The notes: generated by a model from the sequence alone, not told the origin. 64,000 nt of DNA from an uncultured Lentisphaerales bacterium (GCA_943788985.1 CALSSJ010000010.1:1-64000), one strand, 5' to 3'. Shown: positions 43,387-56,845, numbered from the stretch's first letter. Numbers and translations: made by a program.

Positions 43387-43751
43387 ATAGCAAGGCCAGC
43401 CGCCAATGGTGAGTTTACTAGTTAAACTGCCCTCTTGACACGATACTGTTTCCAGCGATGGTTCCGGATGCCTTTTGCTCATTGAGGAGCAGTCTCGGAA
43501 AATTAGCATAGTGGCCAGAACACACGCCGCGTCACACTTCTCTTGCCACTGCAGACACATGATGCATTGAATCTGCAGCGTTCTATCGTGAGGTAGAGGC
43601 CTTCGGGCTCACTCGAATTTGTATCTAAGCGACGCTGAAAGCAGTGACAGGGTTGAGCTCGACAATTTGGATGCTTACGATGGACTGGTAGCTACGCACT
43701 GAGGCGTATGGGACAGCCCTGGGTTCAGCTCAGTAAAGGATTGGGCAATAG

Positions 43752-44078
43752 ATGAAAGCTGAAGCCATCTCTGCGAAGGACAGAGTACTCCAAGTCATAT
43801 TCGGTTCCATGCTGCTTGGCCTTCTGCTGGCTTTCGGGATCGTTTGCACGGCTCTATTGCTTCCAAGCATCCACCGGCTGTCGGCAGGGTCAGCGCTGTG
43901 GCGCTCATTTCATGTGGTTGTCGCAGCAGCGCTCGGGTTCTTCGTCTCACTGATTCTTGCTGGCTTCCTGGCGTTCATTATAGTGAGCGGGCGTACCGTT
44001 GGCTATGATCGCGAGCCTACAACCGGATTGCGATTAACGGGCGGTGGGTACCTATCGTATGAGATTCCCGGCGAATGA
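43752..44078 (+). CDS. Hypothetical two-TM membrane protein
   Basis: ORF with two hydrophobic segments; no family recognised. Confidence 0.35.
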   Translation: MKAEAISAKDRVLQVIFGSMLLGLLLAFGIVCTALLLPSIHRLSAGSALWRSFHVVVAAALGFFVSLILAGFLAFIIVSGRTVGYDREPTTGLRLTGGGYLSYEIPGE

Positions 44079-44110
44079 GTGGGCAGAGAGAGTAGGGACT
44101 GGTCGAGTGC

Positions 44111-44399
44111 CTACGCACCATCGTCAGGTCGGCCGCTATGCGCCCGGTCTGCCCAGTAGACGGGCTTACGTTGTTGATGGGCGACGCGATAGAGACCAGC
44201 GTAGGGGGAAGCGAGTGAGCTGATGGTGTCGATTATCACAGAAGGTGACTGGCCATGCGAAAGAAAATTGGTCAATATGCCCGTAGGCTGTGACCAGTTC
44301 GAGAATGATCTCTCGGCCGAAGCCGGGCTCGACGTTGCTGTAGTAGTCTTCCGCGGCCGAAATCTCTTCGGCAGCCTCGTGAAGCAAGATGCGCTTCAC
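44111..44399 (-). pseudogene. RelE/ParE-family toxin, frameshifted
   Basis: LHEAAEEI..A..YY..; removing one C from the run at 44204-44208 gives RFPYAGLYRVAHQQRKPVYW, a typical ParE-like C-terminus. Confidence 0.7.
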
Positions 44400-44625
44400 G
44401 AATCGTAAGCAGATAGACGCGCACGCAGGAACTCGTCAGCGTCAATAAACTTAGCTTCGCCGCGATTGAGTTTGTCCAGACGGCGTTCGATTTCAGCCTT
44501 CCATTCAACGCTCAACTCTTGGGACTGGTGGCCTGGAAATGTGACATGCACTTCCGCGCGGCAGGACGGCAGATTCTGGTCGAGAAACAGCAAGTGACCG
44601 TGGTCGTAAATGGCCCGGTTTCCAT
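44396..44625 (-). pseudogene. Addiction-module antitoxin with a damaged 5' end
   Basis: EWKAEIERRLDKLNRGEA addiction-module pattern; overlaps the toxin start; upstream RAIYDHG segment is out of frame with its ATG. Confidence 0.6.
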
Positions 44626-44869
44626 GCGTATTTTTTCATGTCGCGTTCCGCCTGATACAGGTCGATACACCGGGACAGAACCAGCTGTCGGCTCCCACGG
44701 CTGGTTGTGTCCCTGACGCCTACGACGTGACTGCAGCCGGACATCCCGACTCACGTTTTGGAGCCTTTCCGAGTGGCAGCACGAGGATCAGAAGTAGCTG
44801 GCAAGTAGCACGGGGCCTACTGGGAATCATAGACCGGCGATGAAGGGACCGTTGCGCTCGCTCCTGACG

Positions 44870-45225
44870 CCAGCAGCAAGCTCACCCAGACGGCTTGGCC
44901 GCCTAGCTGCACTTCCGCCCAGAGAGCGCGCCTGTTGTTGCGCGTGATGTAGAACGGACGCCGGCCTGCCAGGTCAAAATTTATCAGAGGCGTCAGGGCA
45001 GATTTGCTGAGGATTGCCGTCGCGCCGACGACCAGAAACAGGGCAAATCCGATGTTGTAGCATTCCCCAAAGACCCAGGTATAGATGCCAAGGGCCTGGG
45101 CGATTGCCTCGACTTGTTTAATGCGAATGTGCGCGATCTCGATGACCACTTCCTGCAAGACCAGAATGTCGGGATCGTAGGGCTTGAGGGTCTCGATTAC
45201 GGCCTCGAGATTCTCGCGAACTTGC
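44870..45225 (-). pseudogene. Internal fragment of an endonuclease/exonuclease/phosphatase (EEP) family gene
   Basis: LKPYDPDILVLQEV, QVEAIA and G.AILSK...R.AL.A motifs; no proper N- or C-terminus; boundaries approximate. Confidence 0.55.
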
Positions 45226-45353
45226 TGGCTTTGCGGGATGCCACGGCCACGGCTCCGCAAATGGACCTTGACCGCAATGGGGTGATCGATCGGCGAGACG
45301 TGGTCCTGCTGCTGTTCTACCTGCGCGGCCGGCTCAGCCCGGTTCCGCTGTAG
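45226..45353 (+). pseudogene. 3' remnant encoding a dockerin/EF-hand-like repeat
   Basis: DLDRNGVIDRRDVVLLL followed by a stop; boundaries approximate. Confidence 0.45.
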
Positions 45354-45363
45354 GCCAGCGTCC

Positions 45364-46623
45364 TTACTCCAAGTCGGGCGACACGGAGTCCCAGCGGTGC
45401 GCAAGCATTGCCGAGAACTGGTGTGCCTGCGGCTGTGGGCCATGCGCGAAGAAGGTTGAGCCGATCACGTCAAAGGACAGCGCGTTGAGCTGTTCATCGT
45501 GCCGCTCGTGGTACATGCGCAGCGTCGCCGCGACGCGATAGCGCCCCAACGGCAGCGGCAGCGAGGGGATATCGCAACGAAGCTTCCCACGCTGGCCCAG
45601 TGCGACTCGTGGGCCGCAGAAGGCAGTGCCCAGGCGAGTGATGGGCACACCTCGGTCGTTAAAAATCATGAGGTCCGCCTCGCAGCTCTCGGTGCCCTCA
45701 GGATTCTCATAGCCCAGCAGAAACGCTACCGCCTGGCCCGCAAAGGCTTCAGCGATGATGTCTCCTGCTTCGCTCACCATCTCCAGGGAAGAAATGTGCA
45801 GGCCGGTGCCGCTGAACGTCTGAGCCTTTGGATCTTCCGCCAGTGAGCTCTGATAGGCCGCGATCACGTCCTCAGTCGGGCCATCGGCGATCATTTCACC
45901 GTACTGCAGGAGAATCGAGCGTGGGCATAGTTGCCGCACGCTGGCCAGGTTGTGGCTGACGAACAGGATGGTCCGCTCTTGCTGTGCAATCTGATTCATC
46001 TTGCCGATGCACTTGCGTTGAAATGCCGCGTCTCCCACAGCTAGAATCTCGTCAATGATCAGGATCTCCGGATCCAGATGCGCGGCTACGGCAAAGCCCA
46101 ACCGCACAGACATCCCGCTAGAGTAGCGCTTGATCGGCGTGTCAATAAAGGTCTCGAACTCAGAGAAGCTGACGATATCATCGAACTTTCGCGAGATTTC
46201 ACGGCGAGACATGCCCAACACGGCGCCATTCAGATAGATGTTTTCACGGCCGGTCAGCTCGGGATGGAAGCCGGTTCCCACCTCTAGAAGGCTGGCCACG
46301 CGTCCCCGGATTCGGGCGCGCCCACGGGTGGGGGGGGTGATTCTCGACAGGACTTTGAGCAGAGTACTCTTGCCAGCTCCGTTGTGGCCGACGATACCAA
46401 GGACCTCGCCTCGCTTTACGTGAAACGTGAGGTCCCGGACCGCCCAAATCTGATCGGCGTCTCCCTCCCTAAATCGCCCCAGCCGGCGCAGGTTGTGGAA
46501 GTTACGCAGGGGGGCTGTGGCCAGCTGGGCGATGCGCCCGCCCAACGTCTCAGGGTGGCGGGAGGCCTGACCGATTCGGTAACACTTGCCGAGGCCTTCT
46601 ACGTCTATGATGGGTTCGCTCAT
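45364..46623 (-). CDS. Polysaccharide ABC exporter ATP-binding subunit (Wzt/TagH-like) with C-terminal domain
   Basis: GHNGAGKST, GFHPELTGRENI, YSSGM..RL.F, IDE and VSH motifs. Confidence 0.92.
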   Translation of the reverse strand: MSEPIIDVEGLGKCYRIGQASRHPETLGGRIAQLATAPLRNFHNLRRLGRFREGDADQIWAVRDLTFHVKRGEVLGIVGHNGAGKSTLLKVLSRITPPTRGRARIRGRVASLLEVGTGFHPELTGRENIYLNGAVLGMSRREISRKFDDIVSFSEFETFIDTPIKRYSSGMSVRLGFAVAAHLDPEILIIDEILAVGDAAFQRKCIGKMNQIAQQERTILFVSHNLASVRQLCPRSILLQYGEMIADGPTEDVIAAYQSSLAEDPKAQTFSGTGLHISSLEMVSEAGDIIAEAFAGQAVAFLLGYENPEGTESCEADLMIFNDRGVPITRLGTAFCGPRVALGQRGKLRCDIPSLPLPLGRYRVAATLRMYHERHDEQLNALSFDVIGSTFFAHGPQPQAHQFSAMLAHRWDSVSPDLE

Positions 46624-46688
46624 GGAGCTACCTTGGCAAGCGGCTCGCGCTTGTCAACCGGCCCCAGCCGGAGCTAGGGGTGAGCCTC

Positions 46689-47252
46689 TCATGGAATGGG
46701 ACTGGGGAACGCCATGACCTGATGACGCCCGGCGAAAGTCACGGAGTTAGCGAAGTCATGGATGTCGTCCGGCGTGACTTGGTCATCCAGTCCTGCTCCT
46801 TCTGAGAGCACGCACGCGTTTACGACCTCCTCTGCGGCGTGGCTCTCCACGGTGGTACGGCTTGGGACGGGGACACGCGGTGCTGTGTCAAGATCCTCAT
46901 GCTCAGGCTCTTCCTGACGGAGCGCGTATTCTCGGTAGTAGCCGACGGCAAGGCCCAGCGAGACGACCAAAGTGAGCATGCTGCGTTGGGTGTAGTAGAC
47001 CGGTACCCAACATTCCAGAAGGCCATGGGCGATCACCAGCCCATGAGCAAGTGCATCGTAGCGATCGACGAGGTATCGCTCACGTTTGGCCATGCACGAC
47101 AGCGCCCCCATACCAGTTGCCCAGACCGCTCCGAGCAGAAAGATGCCTTCTTGGGCATCCTGCAGCCCCTTGATGCGAATGAGTATGGAAGTCAGCTCAA
47201 AAAGAGCTGCGTATACAACGAGTTTGACAATGCTGAAGGACCAACGACGCAT
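46689..47252 (-). CDS. Hypothetical membrane protein
   Basis: About four hydrophobic segments followed by an acidic tail. Confidence 0.55.
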   Translation of the reverse strand: MRRWSFSIVKLVVYAALFELTSILIRIKGLQDAQEGIFLLGAVWATGMGALSCMAKRERYLVDRYDALAHGLVIAHGLLECWVPVYYTQRSMLTLVVSLGLAVGYYREYALRQEEPEHEDLDTAPRVPVPSRTTVESHAAEEVVNACVLSEGAGLDDQVTPDDIHDFANSVTFAGRHQVMAFPSPIP

Positions 47253-47393
47253 GCTACATCCCCAATTCCAATGACTACTGCTACTTCAGCATGATTGGAT
47301 CGGTGCTCCTGTACGAGAGCTGTCCTCTAAAATATTTGTGCGGCCAAGCCAGGGCCGATTTTGAAGGCCGTATTGGCTACTTAAACCAGGCAC

Positions 47394-47425
47394 AAAAAAG
47401 CCCGGCCGCGCGAGCGCGACCGGGC
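47394..47425 (-). terminator. Rho-independent terminator of the groEL operon
   Basis: Minus strand GCCCGGTCGCGCTCGCGCGGCCGGGC followed by TTTTTT. Confidence 0.88.
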
Positions 47426-47444
47426 CTTCAGGCAACGGGGGGAA

Positions 47445-49127
<1,683 letters not shown>

Positions 49128-49415
49128 TTACTTGACCACGGCGAGGATGTCGCCGGCGTTCAAGATTTTGTACTCACTGTCGTCAATCTTGACGTCAGTT
49201 CCGCCGTATTTGCTGGTCAGCACGATGTCGTCAACTGCGACTTCAAACGCAATCAGCTTGCCGTCATCGTCTTTCTTGCCGGTGCCTAGAGCAACGACGC
49301 GAGCTTCCTGCGGCTTTTCCTTGGCGGTGTCGGGAATGACAATGCCACCCTTGAGTTCTTCGTCGGCCTCAATGGCTTCGACCAGTACGCGGTCGCCCAG
49401 CGGTTGGATGTTCAT
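49128..49415 (-). CDS. groES: Co-chaperonin GroES
   Basis: [25 protein letters not shown]. Confidence 0.98.
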   Translation of the reverse strand: MNIQPLGDRVLVEAIEADEELKGGIVIPDTAKEKPQEARVVALGTGKKDDDGKLIAFEVAVDDIVLTSKYGGTDVKIDDSEYKILNAGDILAVVK

Positions 49416-49452
49416 GCTACTTCTCCCTTGTTGGGTTGTTGTGGTTTGGTGA

Positions 49453-51417
<1,965 letters not shown>

Positions 51418-51479
51418 GATTCTCTCTCCAGCTAAACGCAAATAAATCGTGACACAGTGTAAGTTACACCGGAATCAAT

Positions 51480-51495
51480 AGCAAGGTGCGTGCCA
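51480..51495 (-). promoter_or_regulatory. Sigma-54 (-24/-12) promoter of dnaK-groES-groEL
   Basis: Minus strand TGGCACGCACCTTGCT matches TGGCACG-N4-TTGCW, in the correct orientation about 62 nt upstream of the dnaK ATG. Confidence 0.82.
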
Positions 51496-51540
51496 TCACT
51501 TCTGTGTAGAGCTGCAACTGCTTGCAAATCAGATGGATAC

Positions 51541-51580
51541 AAAAAAGAAAGGCCCGCACTCATGACAAGTACGGGCCTTC
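51541..51580 (-). terminator. Rho-independent terminator of the sigma factor gene
   Basis: AAGGCCCG/CGGGCCTT stem followed on the minus strand by a T-rich run. Confidence 0.8.
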
Positions 51581-51599
51581 CGTGCGGGAGGCTGGGTCA

Positions 51600-51620
51600 G
51601 CGTGTCACAGTGTGACACGC
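51600..51620. promoter_or_regulatory. Perfect palindrome, candidate activator or operator site
   Basis: GCGTGTCACA-G-TGTGACACGC about 105 bp upstream of the sigma-54 site; related copy CGTGACACAGTGTAA at 51448-51462. Confidence 0.55.
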
Positions 51621-51638
51621 ACTAAAAGGCGGTGTGTC

Positions 51639-52478
51639 TCAGTTCATCGTGCTCATCGGCATGTCTTCCCTATGGAGCTGGCCCCTGAGTTTGGAGAGAG
51701 CGCGCTTCTGAATCTGACGGACGCGCTCCCGGGTGCGACCGATGGTCTGGCTGACTTCTTCGAGCGTCTTCGGCGGGCTGCCGTCCAGCCCATACCGCAT
51801 CAGGAGAATCTTTCGTTCGCGTTCGTCCAGGTTCTGGATCAGCAGATTCAGGCGATCAGTCATCTGCGAATCACCCAGAATCTCGTCCGGCGTCAAGGCG
51901 CGTTCGTCAGGAATTAGATCCTTTAGCCAGCCATCTTCATTGCGGGTGATCGGGTCCTGGAGGGATACCGAACGCAGCTCGACGTGGCTCAGTCTTTTGA
52001 CCACGCGCTCGCTGAAATCCACCTTCTCGGCGATCTCGGCAGCAGTGGGATCCCGATCCAGCTCGTCGCGAAGCTTCGCTCGAACGGTCCGAATCTTGTG
52101 GACCTTACCAGCCGAGGTGACTGGAATCCGAATGCACTTACTCTTCTCAAGCAAGGCGCGACGCATTGCCTGCTTGATCCACCAGGCGGCATAGCTACTG
52201 AACTTGGCGCCCTTCCGCGGATCAAACTTCTCGGCTGCGCGCATCAAGCCCACGTTTCCTTCGGAGACGAGATCTTGTATTGGGAGTCCAGGACCACGGA
52301 AATCATGGGCGATCTTTACGACCAATCGCAGGTTCGCACTGATCAGGTCGGCCCAAGCATCACGATCCCCGGAAGCGATGAGTTTTGCGAGTCTCGCCTC
52401 TTCCTGAATGTCAATCAGCGGTATCGCGCCGATATTCCTCATGTAACATGCCATACTGTCGATGCGTTCTGCTATCAT
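51639..52478 (-). CDS. Sigma-70 family factor (RpoD/RpoS-like, lacking region 1.1)
   Basis: ANLRLVVKIA, DLVSEGNVGL, KFSSYAAWWIKQ and TLEEV...TRERVRQI motifs. Confidence 0.92.
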   Translation of the reverse strand: MIAERIDSMACYMRNIGAIPLIDIQEEARLAKLIASGDRDAWADLISANLRLVVKIAHDFRGPGLPIQDLVSEGNVGLMRAAEKFDPRKGAKFSSYAAWWIKQAMRRALLEKSKCIRIPVTSAGKVHKIRTVRAKLRDELDRDPTAAEIAEKVDFSERVVKRLSHVELRSVSLQDPITRNEDGWLKDLIPDERALTPDEILGDSQMTDRLNLLIQNLDERERKILLMRYGLDGSPPKTLEEVSQTIGRTRERVRQIQKRALSKLRGQLHREDMPMSTMN

Positions 52479-52676
52479 CGTTACCCTCACACCGTGAACT
52501 CCGTGGTCGCTCCAACTGTGAGATAGGATGCAAGGAATGAGGGTCTGGTCGCAGCCTTCTGCAAAAAAAGTCGCCGGGTCTGCTGCGGGACCGGATTCAC
52601 GCAAGCGAGCGTGCCGCCTCGTACGGGACAACGTATAGTGCGGCTTTCGCCTGCGGAGAAGGAACTGGGAACGACT

Positions 52677-53156
52677 GTGCACTGTAGACTAATCGGTTTG
52701 TGTCTTGTGGTCCTGGCGTGTGGTTGCGAACAGCGCAAACCTGCCGCGCTTGACGTACCCACACCGCGTGCTGACCAGCGCACCCAGCCGCCCGATCCTC
52801 CGCCCGTAGAGCGCCCCAAGCCGCGCCTTTCGCTGAACGCTCAGCGGATTGAGAATTTCATTGTCCACGCCCACCAGATTGGCTATTTGCAGCCGGGAAA
52901 GATGGCCAGCTTTGAACTGGAGCTATTCGACCAAAAAACCTGGCCGGTGTCACCGGTGGCTTGGGTCGGGAGAGAAACGACCGACAAGCGCTGGCGTCGG
53001 CCAAGTCGCAACGACACTGGCCGCGTACGTCTTTTTAAGATCCCCGTCCCCAGCCCGATTCCCGCGGACAGCAGGCTCTGGGTGATGTTTCCAGATGAAG
53101 ACGCCACCGAGGACGCGCCCGCGGCGAGTGCCTCGTTCAAACTTCGCAGGGAATAG
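52677..53156 (+). CDS. Hypothetical lipoprotein
   Basis: Hydrophobic stretch ending LACGC, then a Pro-rich linker; start uncertain. Confidence 0.55.
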   Translation: MHCRLIGLCLVVLACGCEQRKPAALDVPTPRADQRTQPPDPPPVERPKPRLSLNAQRIENFIVHAHQIGYLQPGKMASFELELFDQKTWPVSPVAWVGRETTDKRWRRPSRNDTGRVRLFKIPVPSPIPADSRLWVMFPDEDATEDAPAASASFKLRRE

Positions 53157-53157
53157 C

Positions 53158-54108
53158 ATGGGCCAGACTAGAGTCCTGACAGATCCTGCCTGCTGCCTGC
53201 ATGACACCGGCACCGGGCACCCCGAGCGGGCCGCTCGAATTGAGGCGGTGACCGCAGCCATTGAGGCAGCCGGCTTGCGACTGGAGAGCCCCACCAACCT
53301 GCTGGGAATTCCGATGGTGGAATGGTTTCTTGCTGTTCATGAGGAGCAACTCGTAGAGCAAGTACGCCTGCCGGTGCCAGCTGGCACCCTGCATCATCTC
53401 GACCCCGATACACCGCTCTGCCCCGAGACCTGGAACGTGGTCGAGCGCGCGGGCCGTTGCGTCTTGCGGGCCGTCGATCTGGTCCTCACCGGCGATGCCG
53501 CCAACGCCTTCTGCGCCGTGCGTCCCCCTGGCCATCACGCAGAATCCGACCGGGCCATGGGCTTCTGCCCGCTCAACCTGATCGCCACTGCAGCCCGTTA
53601 TGCCCAGCGAGCCCACGGTGTAAAGAAGGTCGCCATTCTCGACTTCGATGTCCATCACGGGAACGGGACCCAGCAGATCTTCTATGACGACCCGACCGTC
53701 CTCTACATCAGCTCGCACCAGCATCCGTTCTATCCGGGAACCGGGAGCCGCGCCGAGAAGGGCAGCGGCGCGGGCATCGGGTTTACCGTGAACTTTCCAG
53801 TAGCGGCTGGCTCTGGAGACCAGGAATTACTCGCAGTATACACAGAGCAAGCAAAGAGCCACCTCGACCGCTTCTGCCCAGACTTAATTTTGCTCTCTGC
53901 TGGTTTCGATGCCCATATAGACGACCCACTCGCCTATCTCACGGTCAGTGACGCTGGGTTTGCTGCGCTCAGCCGCGTGCTTGTGGGCTTTGCCCGCGAC
54001 TATTGTGACGGCAAGCTAGTCTCTGTCCTTGAGGGCGGATACAACGTAGATGCCCTGTCACGAAATGTCGTCGACCACATCCGCGCACTGCAAGAGGGAG
54101 CATCGTGA
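53158..54108 (+). CDS. Histone deacetylase family protein
   Basis: HPE, RPPGHHA, DFDVHHGNGTQ, SAGFD and LEGGY motifs. Confidence 0.94.
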   Translation: MGQTRVLTDPACCLHDTGTGHPERAARIEAVTAAIEAAGLRLESPTNLLGIPMVEWFLAVHEEQLVEQVRLPVPAGTLHHLDPDTPLCPETWNVVERAGRCVLRAVDLVLTGDAANAFCAVRPPGHHAESDRAMGFCPLNLIATAARYAQRAHGVKKVAILDFDVHHGNGTQQIFYDDPTVLYISSHQHPFYPGTGSRAEKGSGAGIGFTVNFPVAAGSGDQELLAVYTEQAKSHLDRFCPDLILLSAGFDAHIDDPLAYLTVSDAGFAALSRVLVGFARDYCDGKLVSVLEGGYNVDALSRNVVDHIRALQEGAS

Positions 54109-54782
54109 CCACGCTACTTGGTCGTTCCTGCCCGCTAATTGCTGGGGTTGTTTCAACCCCCGAGGCATTGGCCGCGCTCGACGTGGAGTCCGCCGCGGCC
54201 TGCGACTTAATCGAGCTTCGCTTTGATCAACTGGCAATGCCCCTTGCAGCCTTTCGCGCAGAGTGCGCGCGCGTCCGCACGCTGGTCCCTATCCTGCTAA
54301 CCCACCGCTGGTCTGCGGAAGGCGGTGGGGCAGACGATGACCAGGCCCGCTGGGCCGTCTATGAGGCATTGGTGCAGGACGTCGACGCATTCGATATTGA
54401 GTTGGCGAGCAGCCTCGCGGCCAGAGTAAGCGCCTTGGCGGTTGCCAATGGCGTGACCCTAATTCTCAGCTTTCATGATTTCCAAGGCCTGCCCGAAATT
54501 TGCGAACTCCGCAAAAAGATCGCCCGCATGCGCGAGTTAGGCGCAGTCCCCAAGCTGGCCGTGACCGTCGAAACCGACGAGCAAGTTCGCGAACTCGAGG
54601 CCCTTTTGCGCGACTGCGGCTCAGAGCCAACCTGCGTGATCGGGATGGGCACCGCCGGCCAGCAGACGCGCTTTGGCTTTCCCCGCCTGGGTTCCTGCCT
54701 GACCTACGGCTACATCGACCGACCGAGTGCCCCCGGCCAGCCAAGCTGTTGCGAACTCCGCAACGCCCTTAAGCCCGGCTGA
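54105..54782 (+). CDS. aroD: Type I 3-dehydroquinate dehydratase
   Basis: ELRFD, EGG, DIEL, SFHDF, PKLA, MG..G..TR and APGQ motifs. Confidence 0.88.
   Translation: MTTLLGRSCPLIAGVVSTPEALAALDVESAAACDLIELRFDQLAMPLAAFRAECARVRTLVPILLTHRWSAEGGGADDDQARWAVYEALVQDVDAFDIELASSLAARVSALAVANGVTLILSFHDFQGLPEICELRKKIARMRELGAVPKLAVTVETDEQVRELEALLRDCGSEPTCVIGMGTAGQQTRFGFPRLGSCLTYGYIDRPSAPGQPSCCELRNALKPG
54500..54514 (+). repeat. Iterated motif TTGCGAACTCCGCAA, copy 7
   Basis: Exact 15-mer; encodes CELRK in aroD. Confidence 0.9.
54749..54763 (+). repeat. Iterated motif TTGCGAACTCCGCAA, copy 8
   Basis: Exact 15-mer; encodes CELRN in aroD. Confidence 0.9.
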
Positions 54783-54787
54783 ACTCC

Positions 54788-56659
54788 TCAGCTGTTTGCC
54801 AGCGCCTCTAGCTCCGCCCAGCGCTCATAGAGCACTGCTGTTCGGTCCTGAAGCGTCTTCAGCGCATCGCCATGCCTCTGAGCATCCTTAGGCGATGTCG
54901 CATAGAGATCCGGGTCCGCCAAAAGCGTCTCCAACTCCACCGCCTTCTCTTCGGCAGCGAGAATTGTAGCTTCCATGCCGGCCAACTCCTGCGTCTGCTT
55001 ATAATTGAGGCGCGAACGGCGCTTGGACGGGCGACCCGTTGCGGACTTGGCACCGCCCTGCTGCTCGGCACCACTCTTTTTGTTGCGCGCAGCCAGCTTC
55101 TCCCGATAGTAGTCATAATCACCTTCCTGGTAGACAACCTCTCCATTGCCCTCAAACGCCAGAATCGCCGTGCAGACCCGGTTCAGGAAATAACGATCAT
55201 GGCTCACCACGATCACGCACCCTCCGAACTCTGCAAGCCCCTCTTCAAGCACGCGGAGCGTCGCCAGATCAAGATCATTAGTCGGTTCGTCTAAAATCAG
55301 CAGATTCCCGCCGCGGATCAACTGCTTCGCGAGGAGGAGTCGGTTGCGCTCCCCGCCGGACAGGTCCTTGACCAGGGTGTTGATGCGGTCGTCCGTGAAC
55401 AAAAAACGATGCAAATAGGACCAGACCGTAATCGTGCCTGAGCCAAAGGGGATATCACGCTTGCCATCGCCCACTTCATCGAGCACAGTTTTCTCGTTAT
55501 TCAGCTGCACGCGGCCCTGGTCAATGTAGTTGAACATGACCTTGGGGCCGACCAAGACGGTGCCGGATTCAGCCTTCTGCTGCCCCATCAGGACGCGGAG
55601 CAAAGTGGTCTTGCCGATTCCGTTCGGCCCGACAATGCCCAGTCGCGTACCGGCTGTAAACTCCAGGTTCAGCCCCCGGACCAGCGGCCGATCGCCGACG
55701 TTCACGCAGACATCCTCCAGCTCGACCACGCGAGTGCCCAGCCGGGGCGGGGCGGGCAACAGCAAGTCCACGTCACGCGCAATGTTCGGCCCCTCTTGAG
55801 CGGCGGCCTCATAGAAACGGTCGAGCCGGCCCTTCCCTTTCGTCGTCCGGGCCTTGGGGCCGCGGCGTACCCAGTCCAACTCACGGCGGATAAAACTTTT
55901 GCGCCGGTCGTCCTGCTTAATCTCCGCAGCCTGGCGTTCGGCACTTCCCGTCAAATAGGCCGTGTAATTTCCCGGGTAGCTATAAATCTGGCCATCACGC
56001 AGCTCCAAGATGCGGGTGCAGACGCGATCCAGAAAGTAGCGATCATGGGTGACCAGCAGCAGGGTGCGGGCGTTGCGCTGGAGAAAGGTCTCGAGCCACT
56101 CGATCGTGCTTGCGTCCAGATGGTTCGTCGGTTCGTCCAAGATCAGCAGATCTGCTGCCGCCACGAGCGTACGGGCAATGGCGATGCGACGTTTTTCCCC
56201 GCCTGACATCGAAGACACTGGGCGCTCATCTACTGGGATCCCGAGCGCGTCAATCAGCTTGCGGCGCCGTACATCTACGTCCCAGCCATCGCGTGCGGTC
56301 AACTCGGTCTCGATCTCCAGGCGTCGCGTCTCCTCCGCATGATCACACTCATCGAGCAGGTCATAGAGCTCCTTTGCGCCCAGGCGCACGTTCGCATCCG
56401 CGGTTTGGGCCTCATCCAGCGCAAACTCCTGGGGCAACATCGCCGCATGCAGACCCTTGCGCCGCCGCACATCCCCGTCATTGGCCTCCTGTTGGCCAGC
56501 CAGAATGCGGAGCATCGTAGATTTCCCCGTGCCGTTGCGACCGACAACGCCGACGCGCTCTCCTTCATGAATCGTGAACGAGACGCCATCCAGCAGGATT
56601 TGAGGACCGATATTGGCAGAAAGGGCATCGGCAGCCAAAACAGGGGTAGTAGGTGCCAT
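54788..56659 (-). CDS. ABC-F family ATPase (Uup-like)
   Basis: Two ABC cassettes (GRNGTGKST, GPNGIGKTT, LDEPTN), no TM segments, C-terminal coiled coil ending WAELE. Confidence 0.92.
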   Translation of the reverse strand: MAPTTPVLAADALSANIGPQILLDGVSFTIHEGERVGVVGRNGTGKSTMLRILAGQQEANDGDVRRRKGLHAAMLPQEFALDEAQTADANVRLGAKELYDLLDECDHAEETRRLEIETELTARDGWDVDVRRRKLIDALGIPVDERPVSSMSGGEKRRIAIARTLVAAADLLILDEPTNHLDASTIEWLETFLQRNARTLLLVTHDRYFLDRVCTRILELRDGQIYSYPGNYTAYLTGSAERQAAEIKQDDRRKSFIRRELDWVRRGPKARTTKGKGRLDRFYEAAAQEGPNIARDVDLLLPAPPRLGTRVVELEDVCVNVGDRPLVRGLNLEFTAGTRLGIVGPNGIGKTTLLRVLMGQQKAESGTVLVGPKVMFNYIDQGRVQLNNEKTVLDEVGDGKRDIPFGSGTITVWSYLHRFLFTDDRINTLVKDLSGGERNRLLLAKQLIRGGNLLILDEPTNDLDLATLRVLEEGLAEFGGCVIVVSHDRYFLNRVCTAILAFEGNGEVVYQEGDYDYYREKLAARNKKSGAEQQGGAKSATGRPSKRRSRLNYKQTQELAGMEATILAAEEKAVELETLLADPDLYATSPKDAQRHGDALKTLQDRTAVLYERWAELEALANS

Positions 56660-56845
56660 CTATCAGTGACCCACGGAGGGCGTTGCGCCATCCATGCTCC
56701 AAACTCTTTGAAATCCTCTCACGTGCACACCTGTCTCCTCAGCCATATTAGTCATCCGACATATCGTCAATCCGATACAGTGGAGCCTGGCGCGCAATAG
56801 TCAGTGAGTATCGTAAGTTGGATTTGAGCGATCGTGCCGCCTGGC

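Noticed and set aside
51600..51620. Palindrome as matS or CIRCE
   Set aside because: Arm order and spacing match neither GTGACRNYGTCAC nor TTAGCACTC-N9-GAGTGCTAA.
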